From: a virus
Virus genome (UHGV): UHGV-0168752
Reading direction: 5' to 3' (one strand)
DNA length: 14,491 nt
In this document: piece after piece, positions 7,622-14,491 of the stretch
Layout: every line of letters starts with the position of its first letter
Numbering within the stretch: the first letter of the stretch is position 1
Position numbers and translations under genes: made by a program
Notes under the pieces: generated by a model
What the model saw: the letters and a program-made list of their open reading frames with translations, nothing else
The model's database searches: none
Told to the model about the DNA's origin: nothing

Positions 7622-8092
7622 TTAGATTTCCTTTATCATTTCCCTGCACTCTGTACGAAAACCCATTTTCTCGTACACACTGATGGCTTTAATGTTATTG
7701 TCCAACACATCTAAAGACATCCAGCCACAACCCTTAGATTTTCCGTAGTCACGGACTTTATCCATAAGGGCACGACCGACCCCTTGTGAGCGCGCTTCCT
7801 CTAATACATAGTAATTCCCAATATAGACGAAGTTGTCTTTAGCACAGGAACCCAACGAGAACGTCATAAACCCTAAGAGAGTATCGTTATCGTCAACGGC
7901 GCACGCACACAGATAATCTTGTGGCCAAATCTCTTCCAGTCGTTCTATCGGGTTAAAGGTATCACGACCGGTGAGTTGGCTGATACGCACTTTCTCTTCA
8001 GCGAATAAGTGGTTATGTAAACGTAATACGTCAGCACCGTAACGTTTACCGTATTTACTGTCGGGTTTAAGGATAATAAAGACGCGCATCAT
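7622..8092 (-). CDS. GNAT-family N-acetyltransferase (156 aa)
   Basis: Motif A RSQGVGRALMDKV followed by AISVYEKMGF, typical GNAT core. Start overlaps the upstream stop (ATGA). Confidence 0.8.
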   Translation of the reverse strand: MMRVFIILKPDSKYGKRYGADVLRLHNHLFAEEKVRISQLTGRDTFNPIERLEEIWPQDYLCACAVDDNDTLLGFMTFSLGSCAKDNFVYIGNYYVLEEARSQGVGRALMDKVRDYGKSKGCGWMSLDVLDNNIKAISVYEKMGFRTECREMIKEI

Positions 8093-9222
8093 TTAACCTC
8101 GACTAATGATAAACGGCACCACTCCAGCAACCCTTCTGCAACGCGCACTAATGCGGTTGTGAAAGCGTCCTCTAAACGTAGTGCATTTTTATAACGCACC
8201 GTAGCATCACGTAACTCACGTCCTTCAAGCGATTTGAGTTCTTTGCGCATACGTTGAATTTCGTCATAAATTCCCGTATACCCAACACTGCGACGTTTTG
8301 TGCCACGCTGACGTAAGGCACGAATAATGCGATCTACGGCTTCTAACGCCTTACCAATCTCGTGTAAGTTCAACGATTTAATGGTATCTCCGTAATCACC
8401 GTCGCGCGCAATCGCCCATTCGATTTTACCATTCTGATGCTCAACCACAACCACGTTACCCGGCCACGGATACGCTTTTACAGATTTAAAAGGATCGATA
8501 ATGCCAAGTAAGCCTGCGCTTCGCTTAATTGCCCAGCTCGTAGAACGACCTACTCTTTCTAATCCGCTTTCGGTAACTTTCTTACTCTTACCGATAATCG
8601 TACGCGTTTTAACCGTGTACTCGTTAACCATCCCATCGATAGCGTTCAAGTTCTTACTGAAATCAATACACGCTTCAACATTCGGTTTGTCTTCTAAACA
8701 AACTTTTGTTGTCCAGCTTCCTGTTTCACAGTCACGTGGTTTTAACGTGTCTTTGTCACCAATTAAACTTAAGCGTGAATTTAACTTCTGTAGCTTGCGT
8801 TCTAACGACGCGGCTTTGGACGTTGCTTCTTTCAGTTCATTAATGACTTCTTTACCGGCAGCTTCCGCGAAATCGACAAAACGTAACGCCAGTTGCTTAG
8901 AATGCTTACCTGCAAACTTACCAGACGCTTTGGCTCCTGCCACCGCCGCCTTTCCAGCAACCCGACCAACACCCTTAACCGCTCTACCTGCTGTTCGTGC
9001 TACCGCTTTACCTACCCCTGCATAGGGTTCCGTGTCCGCAACGAATTGTGCACGATCCATCATCGCTGCGGATTCCTGTGCGACCTGAATATCGTCTAAT
9101 GCCCAGCGTTTTCGGATAGCAACAACTGCTGGATAGTTATCTTTAACGTTAAGCGATTCTAAAGCGACTAATCGATCGTAGTCATCGCAAAGGACTTCTA
9201 AATCGGAATCTAATGTTGACAT
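8089..9222 (-). CDS. Hypothetical protein (377 aa) with a Lys/Ala/Gly-rich low-complexity segment
   Basis: ATG at 9222 with AAAGGA upstream. Internal segment AGVGKAVARTAGRAVKGVGRVAGKAAVAGAKASGKFAGK; the remainder looks helical and charged. Confidence 0.7.
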   Translation of the reverse strand: MSTLDSDLEVLCDDYDRLVALESLNVKDNYPAVVAIRKRWALDDIQVAQESAAMMDRAQFVADTEPYAGVGKAVARTAGRAVKGVGRVAGKAAVAGAKASGKFAGKHSKQLALRFVDFAEAAGKEVINELKEATSKAASLERKLQKLNSRLSLIGDKDTLKPRDCETGSWTTKVCLEDKPNVEACIDFSKNLNAIDGMVNEYTVKTRTIIGKSKKVTESGLERVGRSTSWAIKRSAGLLGIIDPFKSVKAYPWPGNVVVVEHQNGKIEWAIARDGDYGDTIKSLNLHEIGKALEAVDRIIRALRQRGTKRRSVGYTGIYDEIQRMRKELKSLEGRELRDATVRYKNALRLEDAFTTALVRVAEGLLEWCRLSLVEVK

Positions 9223-9244
9223 CCTTTACCCCATTTAAGCTAAA

Positions 9245-9260
9245 GCGGGGAGAAGCCCGC
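9245..9260 (-). terminator. Weak hairpin, possible attenuator or leaky terminator
   Basis: 5-bp GC stem (9245-9249 and 9256-9260) with a poor T tract on the minus strand; lies between the SLOG-like gene and the 377-aa gene. Confidence 0.3.
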
Positions 9261-9271
9261 CCTGACTAACT

Positions 9272-9820
9272 TCATAATAAGCGCAGGTCTTCTAGCCACT
9301 TACTTGCATCGGTGGTGTGATAATAACAAGGAATATTCAACGTCTGCGCATAACGAACACCCATTGCCGTCCCACCTTTCGGATTTCCCTTTTTATCGTG
9401 CGGTGCGTAGTAATAGACAGCATCTACGTGATCGTCTAAAGTGTCGCCGGATACAATATTTAAGTTTCGTCCATGCAGCGCCCAAGCAATATCCGATAGT
9501 TTATCAGGATTAGGATGAAGTGAAGCCACAATCCCACGATAACGAATGTCTTGAGGAATAACACGAAACTCTACGTTTGGGTGTAACTTACGTAGCCACA
9601 ACTTACGTTCGTCAGGTAAATAGCAAATATGCGAAGCTGGTTCAGTACGCGCCAACATAAATTGTAATTGGTCTGGTCCTTTATAACAACCACCTGAACG
9701 TGTTTCGATAGTGTGTTGTTTATTACGAAGAATTTTAAACCCACGTTGCAACACGTCCAGCATTTCTTGCATTGTGTCTTCGGGAGTTTCTCGAGAACCG
9801 ATAATAGCAATTTTATACAT
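9272..9820 (-). CDS. SLOG/DprA(Smf)-like Rossmann-fold protein (182 aa)
   Basis: N-terminal IAIIGSRE, then SGGCYKGPD, and C-terminal GGTAMGVRYAQTLNIPCYY, resembling the GSR...SG.A.G.D...GGT pattern of DprA/LOG-type SLOG domains. GGAGGTGA upstream of the ATG. Confidence 0.5.
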   Translation of the reverse strand: MYKIAIIGSRETPEDTMQEMLDVLQRGFKILRNKQHTIETRSGGCYKGPDQLQFMLARTEPASHICYLPDERKLWLRKLHPNVEFRVIPQDIRYRGIVASLHPNPDKLSDIAWALHGRNLNIVSGDTLDDHVDAVYYYAPHDKKGNPKGGTAMGVRYAQTLNIPCYYHTTDASKWLEDLRLL

Positions 9821-9848
9821 TTGTCACCTCCATACTGAGGTCGTAAAG

Positions 9849-9894
9849 TGAAAAAAAAAATAAAATAGGAGAGAACCTCAAAAGGTTCTCTCCT
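9849..9894 (-). terminator. Rho-independent terminator
   Basis: 10-11-bp stem GGAGAGAACC/GGTTCTCTCC (9868-9877 and 9884-9893), 6-nt loop, followed on the minus strand by a T tract (plus-strand A run 9849-9866). Confidence 0.85.
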
Positions 9895-9907
9895 AACGTT
9901 ATCGTTA

Positions 9908-10543
9908 TCACTCTAATCCACTTAATACCACAGTTTCGAGTAACGCTTTACCCATCCATACATCCAACTCACCGTCTAAGTCCGCCAACGGGCGTTTATT
10001 CAGCTCATTGTTATAGTCGAGTCCATCGAGCGTTCTGTTTGTAATAATTTGGCCTAAATGTAGTGGCAGGATAAATCGATTTCTCGCACTATAAATAAAC
10101 GAATCACATTCGTAAACCACTGCGTACCGCTCGATATCTTCATCGTACTCAATATGGCATTGAGAACCGGTGTCCCACGCACGCGACAGAACCATACCAC
10201 GGTCCTGACACATCTTCTCCACCGCTACCTTCGCGGATGCACTCCACGTATCGTAGTTCTTTGGTTGACCGTTTTCGAAATCGAACCATTCCAGATACTT
10301 GGCAGGAATCTCAAGGAAGTCGTTTAACTGAAGCTTTGTGTAAGTTATCATTACCGCATCGTTAATGTCGTTACGGTTGGTTAACTTTACTTTATACCGG
10401 CCTTCCGGGGTGGGCGCACCTATTAAAGAAACATCCACTTTCTCAGCCGAAAGCTTTTTACGTACACTGTCACTGTTACAATAACTGACAAGATTGAGTA
10501 AGTTCTGTCTGTGGCCAACTTCGAAATCAATTACAAAAGACAT
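9908..10543 (-). CDS. Hypothetical protein (211 aa)
   Basis: ATG at 10543 with GGAG 7 nt upstream. No recognisable motif. Confidence 0.7.
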   Translation of the reverse strand: MSFVIDFEVGHRQNLLNLVSYCNSDSVRKKLSAEKVDVSLIGAPTPEGRYKVKLTNRNDINDAVMITYTKLQLNDFLEIPAKYLEWFDFENGQPKNYDTWSASAKVAVEKMCQDRGMVLSRAWDTGSQCHIEYDEDIERYAVVYECDSFIYSARNRFILPLHLGQIITNRTLDGLDYNNELNKRPLADLDGELDVWMGKALLETVVLSGLE

Positions 10544-10565
10544 ACAAACTCCGTGGGGTTAATCA

Positions 10566-10958
10566 CTAATACCCGTATAAGGGATACCGTGCAGTGATTT
10601 CATCACCCGCATAAAAGGTTAAACGTTGAATATTGATGTTTTTATTTGTGTAAGGTACAGTTTCTAACGTCACCTTCACGGTTGCAGAACAGCTTCCAGG
10701 ATCAACAAATTGGTACGTGCGCCGTTTGATGTTTACCAAATAGAAACCGCCTGCGGGACACAATTCGGTTTTACCGTAATTTACCACAGCAAATTCATCA
10801 TTCTGAACTGCGACGATAGGCTGGTCACCGGGTTTAAAAACCACAGGTTTATCGCCAGGTACGGTCGGTTCAAAACGACTAATGTCGTGCGGCTTAAATT
10901 CTGCCATTGCAGAAAATGAAAGTGACGTTAGAAATAGAGTAATAACAAAACGTTTCAT
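10566..10958 (-). CDS. Secreted/periplasmic small protein with N-terminal signal peptide (about 130 aa)
   Basis: True start is the ATG at 10958 overlapping the upstream TGA (TGATG); the track's 10961 start is a TTG. MKRFVITLFLTSLSFSAMA-EF looks like a Sec signal peptide with an AMA cleavage site. Confidence 0.7.
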   Translation of the reverse strand: MKRFVITLFLTSLSFSAMAEFKPHDISRFEPTVPGDKPVVFKPGDQPIVAVQNDEFAVVNYGKTELCPAGGFYLVNIKRRTYQFVDPGSCSATVKVTLETVPYTNKNINIQRLTFYAGDEITARYPLYGY

Positions 10959-11434
10959 CAATCTACCTCATCAAGATAATCACGCAGCCAAGGCATCGTT
11001 TCTAAACGAGGAATCATGTTCCGCGTATTCGGCGAAAACCATAACGCGTCGTGATATTTCTTTTTGAAACGTTCCCAGTTATACGAGAAAGGTTTGGGTG
11101 TAAAACCGCGTTCTTTTAACACCTCTTCCCAAACTAAGTCTTTAATGAAATCATCCACTAATAGTAGTACCAACACTTTCCACTTACTGCGACGAAAGTG
11201 TCGGGTAAAACATTTGCGGAGTTCTGAAAAGTCTTCTCGTTGACTGGAACGTACTGCTGGAATTGCTTTCTCTTTATACTGCGAACAAGGATTATGCTGT
11301 AATATCGTTACAGGAACACCCCGAACGCGACCTGTGCGTAGATCAAGCTCGTGAACGGGGATAACCTCAACACAACGTAATACTTTTGCTTTATTGCCTT
11401 CCAAGTACCGCGTCTCATACTCGACACGAATCAT
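10958..11434 (-). CDS. Hypothetical protein (158 aa)
   Basis: ATG at 11434. Basic, Trp-rich; no recognisable motif. Confidence 0.65.
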   Translation of the reverse strand: MIRVEYETRYLEGNKAKVLRCVEVIPVHELDLRTGRVRGVPVTILQHNPCSQYKEKAIPAVRSSQREDFSELRKCFTRHFRRSKWKVLVLLLVDDFIKDLVWEEVLKERGFTPKPFSYNWERFKKKYHDALWFSPNTRNMIPRLETMPWLRDYLDEVD

Positions 11435-11454
11435 TTTGGGCTCTCAACTGTTTT

Positions 11455-11934
11455 TTAATAAATCTTATCCGCAACAGAGAGAAAGATGGGGGTGTTTTCA
11501 ATAAAGTCCACCAAATATCCTTCTTCCGGCGGGGCGTATGACGAATCAACGTTACCGTTCGTCATACGAAAATACCGACGAGAGTCACTGGCAATAAACC
11601 AACGGTCTATTTGGTAGCCCTTTTTGGAAAAGAAACACAAGCCGTCAATGTTTGAAGGATGGACACGACACATCACTATTTGGCGGTCAGAATTAAGTTG
11701 AACGTACTTCAGTAAGAAAGAACCTACGCCGCTACGACGAGAACCTTCAGCAACTACTAAATAAATAAGATTCCCTGGTTCCCAGATTGCAATTCCGTGA
11801 GTAATATCATCTTCAACGGCTAACGTGATCCTAACCGGTGTTTCCCGGATTGAATTTAAGTCTTTAATGTATTCACGTAATTCAGGAAATTTAGCGGAGA
11901 TTTTATCTTCGGTAATATCTAACTGTTGCATCAT
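11455..11934 (-). CDS. GNAT-like acetyltransferase (159 aa), tentative
   Basis: LVVAEGSRRSGVGSFLLKYV matches the GNAT motif A pattern R-x-x-G-x-G. Start overlaps the upstream stop (TAATGATG). Confidence 0.5.
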   Translation of the reverse strand: MMQQLDITEDKISAKFPELREYIKDLNSIRETPVRITLAVEDDITHGIAIWEPGNLIYLVVAEGSRRSGVGSFLLKYVQLNSDRQIVMCRVHPSNIDGLCFFSKKGYQIDRWFIASDSRRYFRMTNGNVDSSYAPPEEGYLVDFIENTPIFLSVADKIY

Positions 11935-12584
11935 TATTCCCCAATAGCCAAAACATTTTTAACAAATTCGTCCCAGGTGGTTTTATCACCAGAAGTGAGT
12001 AAACGATCGAAAGGTACGGTTCGGTGTACTGGTAAAATACTTTCTAGTTTCGGCGCAGGTACGGAACTCCAAAGAGCATAACCGAATAACGTCTCTAACG
12101 TCTTGCGTTTATTATCGAGAATAGGGACAAACCATTTGAACTGGACGAAGTTAGCGCCACGACATTTTTTTATCTCGGCAACATAACCATGGTCCATCAA
12201 ACGTGCTTCTATACCATTGTCCGCAAGTGTATAAAGACCGTACTCTGAAAGTAGTCTACGTAATTGTTTATTCAACTCTATTTGGTAAGCAATGAGCTCG
12301 TCAGACTTTACGAAAACACGCCCACTGTTAAGACCTATACCTTTTTGTTCCAGGTGTTGCGCCATTAAAGCAGAAGCACTTCCTTCAACACCAGGTAAAT
12401 CCAGTGCGCCAGTCATCGGTATCGTTTTATAAAGGCGATACACGTTTTCCTGGAAAGCGGCAATAACGATTTCGTTGACTTTTAAGAAGTCAACAAGTTC
12501 CCCATTAGAAGCACATAATGGGACAACCTTTAATCGGCTAATAGGGATCAGTAAAGTTCTTGTCATTAAACGCAAAGGTTCCAT
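11934..12584 (-). CDS. Hypothetical protein (216 aa from the ATG)
   Basis: The track start at 12608 is a GTG; the ATG at 12584 (MEPLRL...) has a strong AAGAGGAGA 7 nt upstream, so I place the start there. First gene after the terminator at 12625-12664. Confidence 0.7.
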   Translation of the reverse strand: MEPLRLMTRTLLIPISRLKVVPLCASNGELVDFLKVNEIVIAAFQENVYRLYKTIPMTGALDLPGVEGSASALMAQHLEQKGIGLNSGRVFVKSDELIAYQIELNKQLRRLLSEYGLYTLADNGIEARLMDHGYVAEIKKCRGANFVQFKWFVPILDNKRKTLETLFGYALWSSVPAPKLESILPVHRTVPFDRLLTSGDKTTWDEFVKNVLAIGE

Positions 12585-12624
12585 TGGTAATCTCCTCTTT
12601 AGACTCACACTATGTTTAAAAATT

Positions 12625-12664
12625 GTAAAAATAAAAAGAAGAAACCTCTACCCGAAGGTAGAGG
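12625..12664 (-). terminator. Rho-independent terminator
   Basis: Perfect 8-bp stem CCTCTACC/GGTAGAGG (12645-12652 and 12657-12664), loop TTCG on the minus strand, followed by TTTCTTCTTTTTATTTTTAC. Confidence 0.8.
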
Positions 12665-12670
12665 TTAATG

Positions 12671-13249
12671 TTATTTCGTTGTTGTGCTTTCTGTCTTCGA
12701 CTTAAGCTGGCCTGATTTCTCAAGCTTTTTCTCAACAACTTTCGTAGCGATTTCAAGGGACTTATACGCCAGCGTCTTAATCGGCCACGTGGCGAATACC
12801 ACCAACGCAAAGAACGGGACTAAACATACCAGTAAAACATCTAAACTGTCTTCTGGGAAATGTTGGTGGGTATCATAACCCAGGAACCCCGTTACGGCTA
12901 CAGTTGCCAGGGTCAGCAGAAAGATAATGAATTTCTGCGCGCCAGATAACTTCGGCCACAACGTTAGCATGGTTTCTTTGCTGATCTCATCCCCTAAAGA
13001 TTCCACAGCATCCGTCGCTTGCTGATGGAACTGCTCTGACAGTTTACCTAAATTATCAATCAGCGTTGGACGTAGGTCAGAGAGAATTTTCGTACCCGAA
13101 CGGGTAACATCAACATTGACTTCATCCCCGTACGCCGCTTTCAACAATTTCGTTAACTGCTCAGACTGTTCCTTACTTAACTTTCTGTTTCCAGCTTGAA
13201 TCAACAAGTCAAGTATTTCAGTAGGTAGCGTCTGTGTGTTTGGTTCCAT
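12671..13249 (-). CDS. Membrane protein with two predicted transmembrane helices (192 aa)
   Basis: Hydrophobic stretches FIIFLLTLATVAVTGFLGY and VLLVCLVPFFALVVFATWPI. Start overlaps the RuvC-like stop (TAATG). Confidence 0.7.
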   Translation of the reverse strand: MEPNTQTLPTEILDLLIQAGNRKLSKEQSEQLTKLLKAAYGDEVNVDVTRSGTKILSDLRPTLIDNLGKLSEQFHQQATDAVESLGDEISKETMLTLWPKLSGAQKFIIFLLTLATVAVTGFLGYDTHQHFPEDSLDVLLVCLVPFFALVVFATWPIKTLAYKSLEIATKVVEKKLEKSGQLKSKTESTTTK

Positions 13250-13893
13250 TAACGTTTCCTCCGACGCCTTCTCCGCCTGGAGGTCTTCGGCGACTTTTGT
13301 TTAGGCGGTAGCAGGCTGTTTAAATTTAACAGATTTACCCTGACGAAAATGTTTCCCACCGCCACGGCATCGATGCTATGCTCGTCTAACGTTGTAATAT
13401 CAAACAAAGCGTGTTCACGATACAGTTTGGTCACGGCCCGAAACATATCGGTTTTATCCGTTCCCTTTGCTTCCACACCAACGAATGATTTTACAATGAT
13501 AGGATTGAAACCGTGTAAGATTTTCTCCGGGTAAATGTCCCACAGGGCACGTCGCAACATCAGCTGTAATTCAACACCTGATTCGTACGCGGAGAGTTTT
13601 GCTCTCCGCATAAACGGGGTTTCTGTTGCAACGAAGGTTGGGCAAGCAATCCGAAGAAATTCACGGTAACAAGCTTCGAGCTTAACGAGTCGATCGTCAC
13701 GTTTACCGACACACTCTGCGAACGCATTTGGATGCGTTGGGTCTAATACATGCATGGTATCAGCCCAAACTACTTCGGCTTGATCGCTGCCGTATTCCCA
13801 ATCCAATACCGCCATACCAAGATGGCTCGTACCGGGGTCTATTGCCGCGATTCTCACCATCTTATCTGGAAGTCTCGGCTCGGGTATCAACAT
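13249..13893 (-). CDS. RuvC-like Holliday junction resolvase with Arg-rich C-terminal tail (214 aa)
   Basis: IAAIDPGTSHLGMAV (compare RuvC ILGIDPGSRVTGYGV), FVATETPFMRR (compare FAIEQVFMAK) and DEHSIDAVAVG (compare DAADALAIA). C-terminus SRRRRRRRKR. Start overlaps the upstream stop (TAATG). Confidence 0.8.
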   Translation of the reverse strand: MLIPEPRLPDKMVRIAAIDPGTSHLGMAVLDWEYGSDQAEVVWADTMHVLDPTHPNAFAECVGKRDDRLVKLEACYREFLRIACPTFVATETPFMRRAKLSAYESGVELQLMLRRALWDIYPEKILHGFNPIIVKSFVGVEAKGTDKTDMFRAVTKLYREHALFDITTLDEHSIDAVAVGNIFVRVNLLNLNSLLPPKQKSPKTSRRRRRRRKR

Positions 13894-14448
13894 TAATTCG
13901 CTGTCCCCAGGAAGAACGGCGCAGGCTGACCGATACGAATGGTCAGTGACAGTTTATCATTCGTCTGCGCCAGGTTAGTAAACATCGAGATGTAATACAG
14001 CGCCTGGACACCAATCGCTTCGGTGTAACTGAACTTAGACCCAGTTGCGGAATCACCCGACGTGACTTGGTCTAACCCGGAGCAGAGTGCCAGTTCGGAG
14101 ATAATCGAACTACGCGGACTACCGCGCATGATACTCGTCACGTTCATGTATTCCTGAACATCAAAATCCGTCCACGGAATCACCAGGTCAGCACCGGATT
14201 CAACATAACGACCATCAGGAATCGCAACGGTACCGTCATCATCATAATCGTAATCCGGCAATACTTTCGGTACCGGGTTCAATTCTGTATCGGTGTACAC
14301 GAAGTCTTCGACGGTCTCAACACCGTTCTCACGTTTGATATCGTAGTCTGACGTTTTAACCGCGCGCATATCGATGCGTTTTAAGTAATACGCCCAGTAT
14401 TCACGCTTGTTAAACGTTTCCAAAGTACGGAAAGCGTAGTTCTTACGC
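13893..14448 (-). CDS. Hypothetical protein, 5-prime truncated (C-terminal about 185 aa only)
   Basis: Open frame runs into the adapter at 14449; the apparent N-terminus MCIRDRR is translated adapter, so the real start lies beyond the contig end. No recognisable motif in the remainder. Confidence 0.6.
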
Positions 14449-14491
14449 CTGTCTCTTATACACATCTGACGCTGCCGACGACTCCTTACGT
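14449..14491. other. Illumina Nextera adapter (sequencing artefact)
   Basis: CTGTCTCTTATACACATCT (Tn5 mosaic end) followed by GACGCTGCCGACGA (reverse complement of TCGTCGGCAGCGTC), then 8 nt CTCCTTAC and GT. From memory the 8-mer is the reverse complement of a standard i5 index and GT begins the P5 complement. Confidence 0.95.

Noticed and set aside
8890-9010. Possible tandem DNA repeat under the Lys/Ala/Gly-rich coding segment
   Set aside because: The nucleotide sequence is compositionally biased but shows no exact tandem repeat unit; consistent with low-complexity coding sequence, not a repeat element.
9571-9810. Minus-strand 79-aa ORF inside the SLOG-like gene
   Set aside because: Alternative frame of a motif-supported longer ORF; no ribosome-binding site.
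61-12608. Track starts at 381, 10961 and 12608
   Set aside because: These are TTG/GTG codons; in each case a nearby in-frame ATG (369, 10958, 12584) has a better ribosome-binding site or stop-start coupling, so the ATG coordinates are used.
12616-12810. Minus-strand 64-aa ORF overlapping the membrane-protein gene
   Set aside because: It spans the terminator at 12625-12664, lies in another frame over the 3-prime end of the gene at 12671-13249, and is Arg/Ser-rich low complexity.
350-13949. All plus-strand ORFs in the track (350-655, 950-1180, 2464-2697, 4248-4475, 5430-5804, 6004-6204, 6607-6876, 7126-7332, 7293-7475, 8501-9025, 8893-9099, 9304-9513, 10710-10919, 10882-11067, 12475-12705, 12684-12878, 13349-13534, 13728-13949)
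   Set aside because: Each lies antisense within a longer, motif-supported minus-strand gene or spans an intergenic terminator. None has a convincing ribosome-binding site or recognisable motif. The 174-aa one at 8501-9025 is low complexity because it mirrors the Lys/Ala/Gly-rich region.
14449-14465. MCIRDRR N-terminus and ATG start of the last ORF
   Set aside because: The start codon and first seven residues are encoded by Nextera adapter sequence, not phage DNA.
1-14491. CRISPR arrays, tRNA/rRNA genes, transposases or integrases
   Set aside because: No regularly spaced direct repeats, no cloverleaf-like candidates noticed in the short intergenic regions, and no recombinase or transposase motifs in any translation.

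Overview
The window looks like a densely packed bacteriophage genome segment (roughly 46% GC by eye) with 24 protein-coding genes, all on the minus strand. Many neighbours overlap by 1-4 nt at stop/start (TAATG, ATGA, TGATG), and seven minus-strand hairpin-plus-T-tract terminators split the region into about seven transcription units. Genes I can recognise from the translations: a Dam-family N6-adenine DNA methyltransferase (DPPY and FxGxG motifs), a thymidylate-kinase-like dNMP kinase (P-loop plus DRF motif), a RuvC-like Holliday junction resolvase, three GNAT-type acetyltransferase-like proteins, an XRE-family HTH regulator, a small SLOG/DprA-like Rossmann protein, a signal-peptide protein and a two-helix membrane protein. 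The rest are hypothetical. The right end (14449-14491) is Illumina Nextera adapter, so the contig ends there and the MCIRDRR start of the last ORF is artificial. The most interesting candidates for an undescribed system are: (1) a translationally coupled cassette of a GNAT-fusion protein, Dam and a 257-aa unknown, in an operon that ends with a strongly acidic protein, which may be a DNA-modification or anti-restriction module; (2) a conserved palindromic operator-like element (GTGAGAATTCTCAC) at two promoter-proximal sites with a degenerate copy upstream of the XRE regulator gene; (3) a stand-alone SLOG-like gene and an XRE plus 195-aa two-gene unit, each insulated by terminators. No rRNA, tRNA, CRISPR array or transposase was seen. 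All functional calls are from motif recognition by eye; no searches were run.
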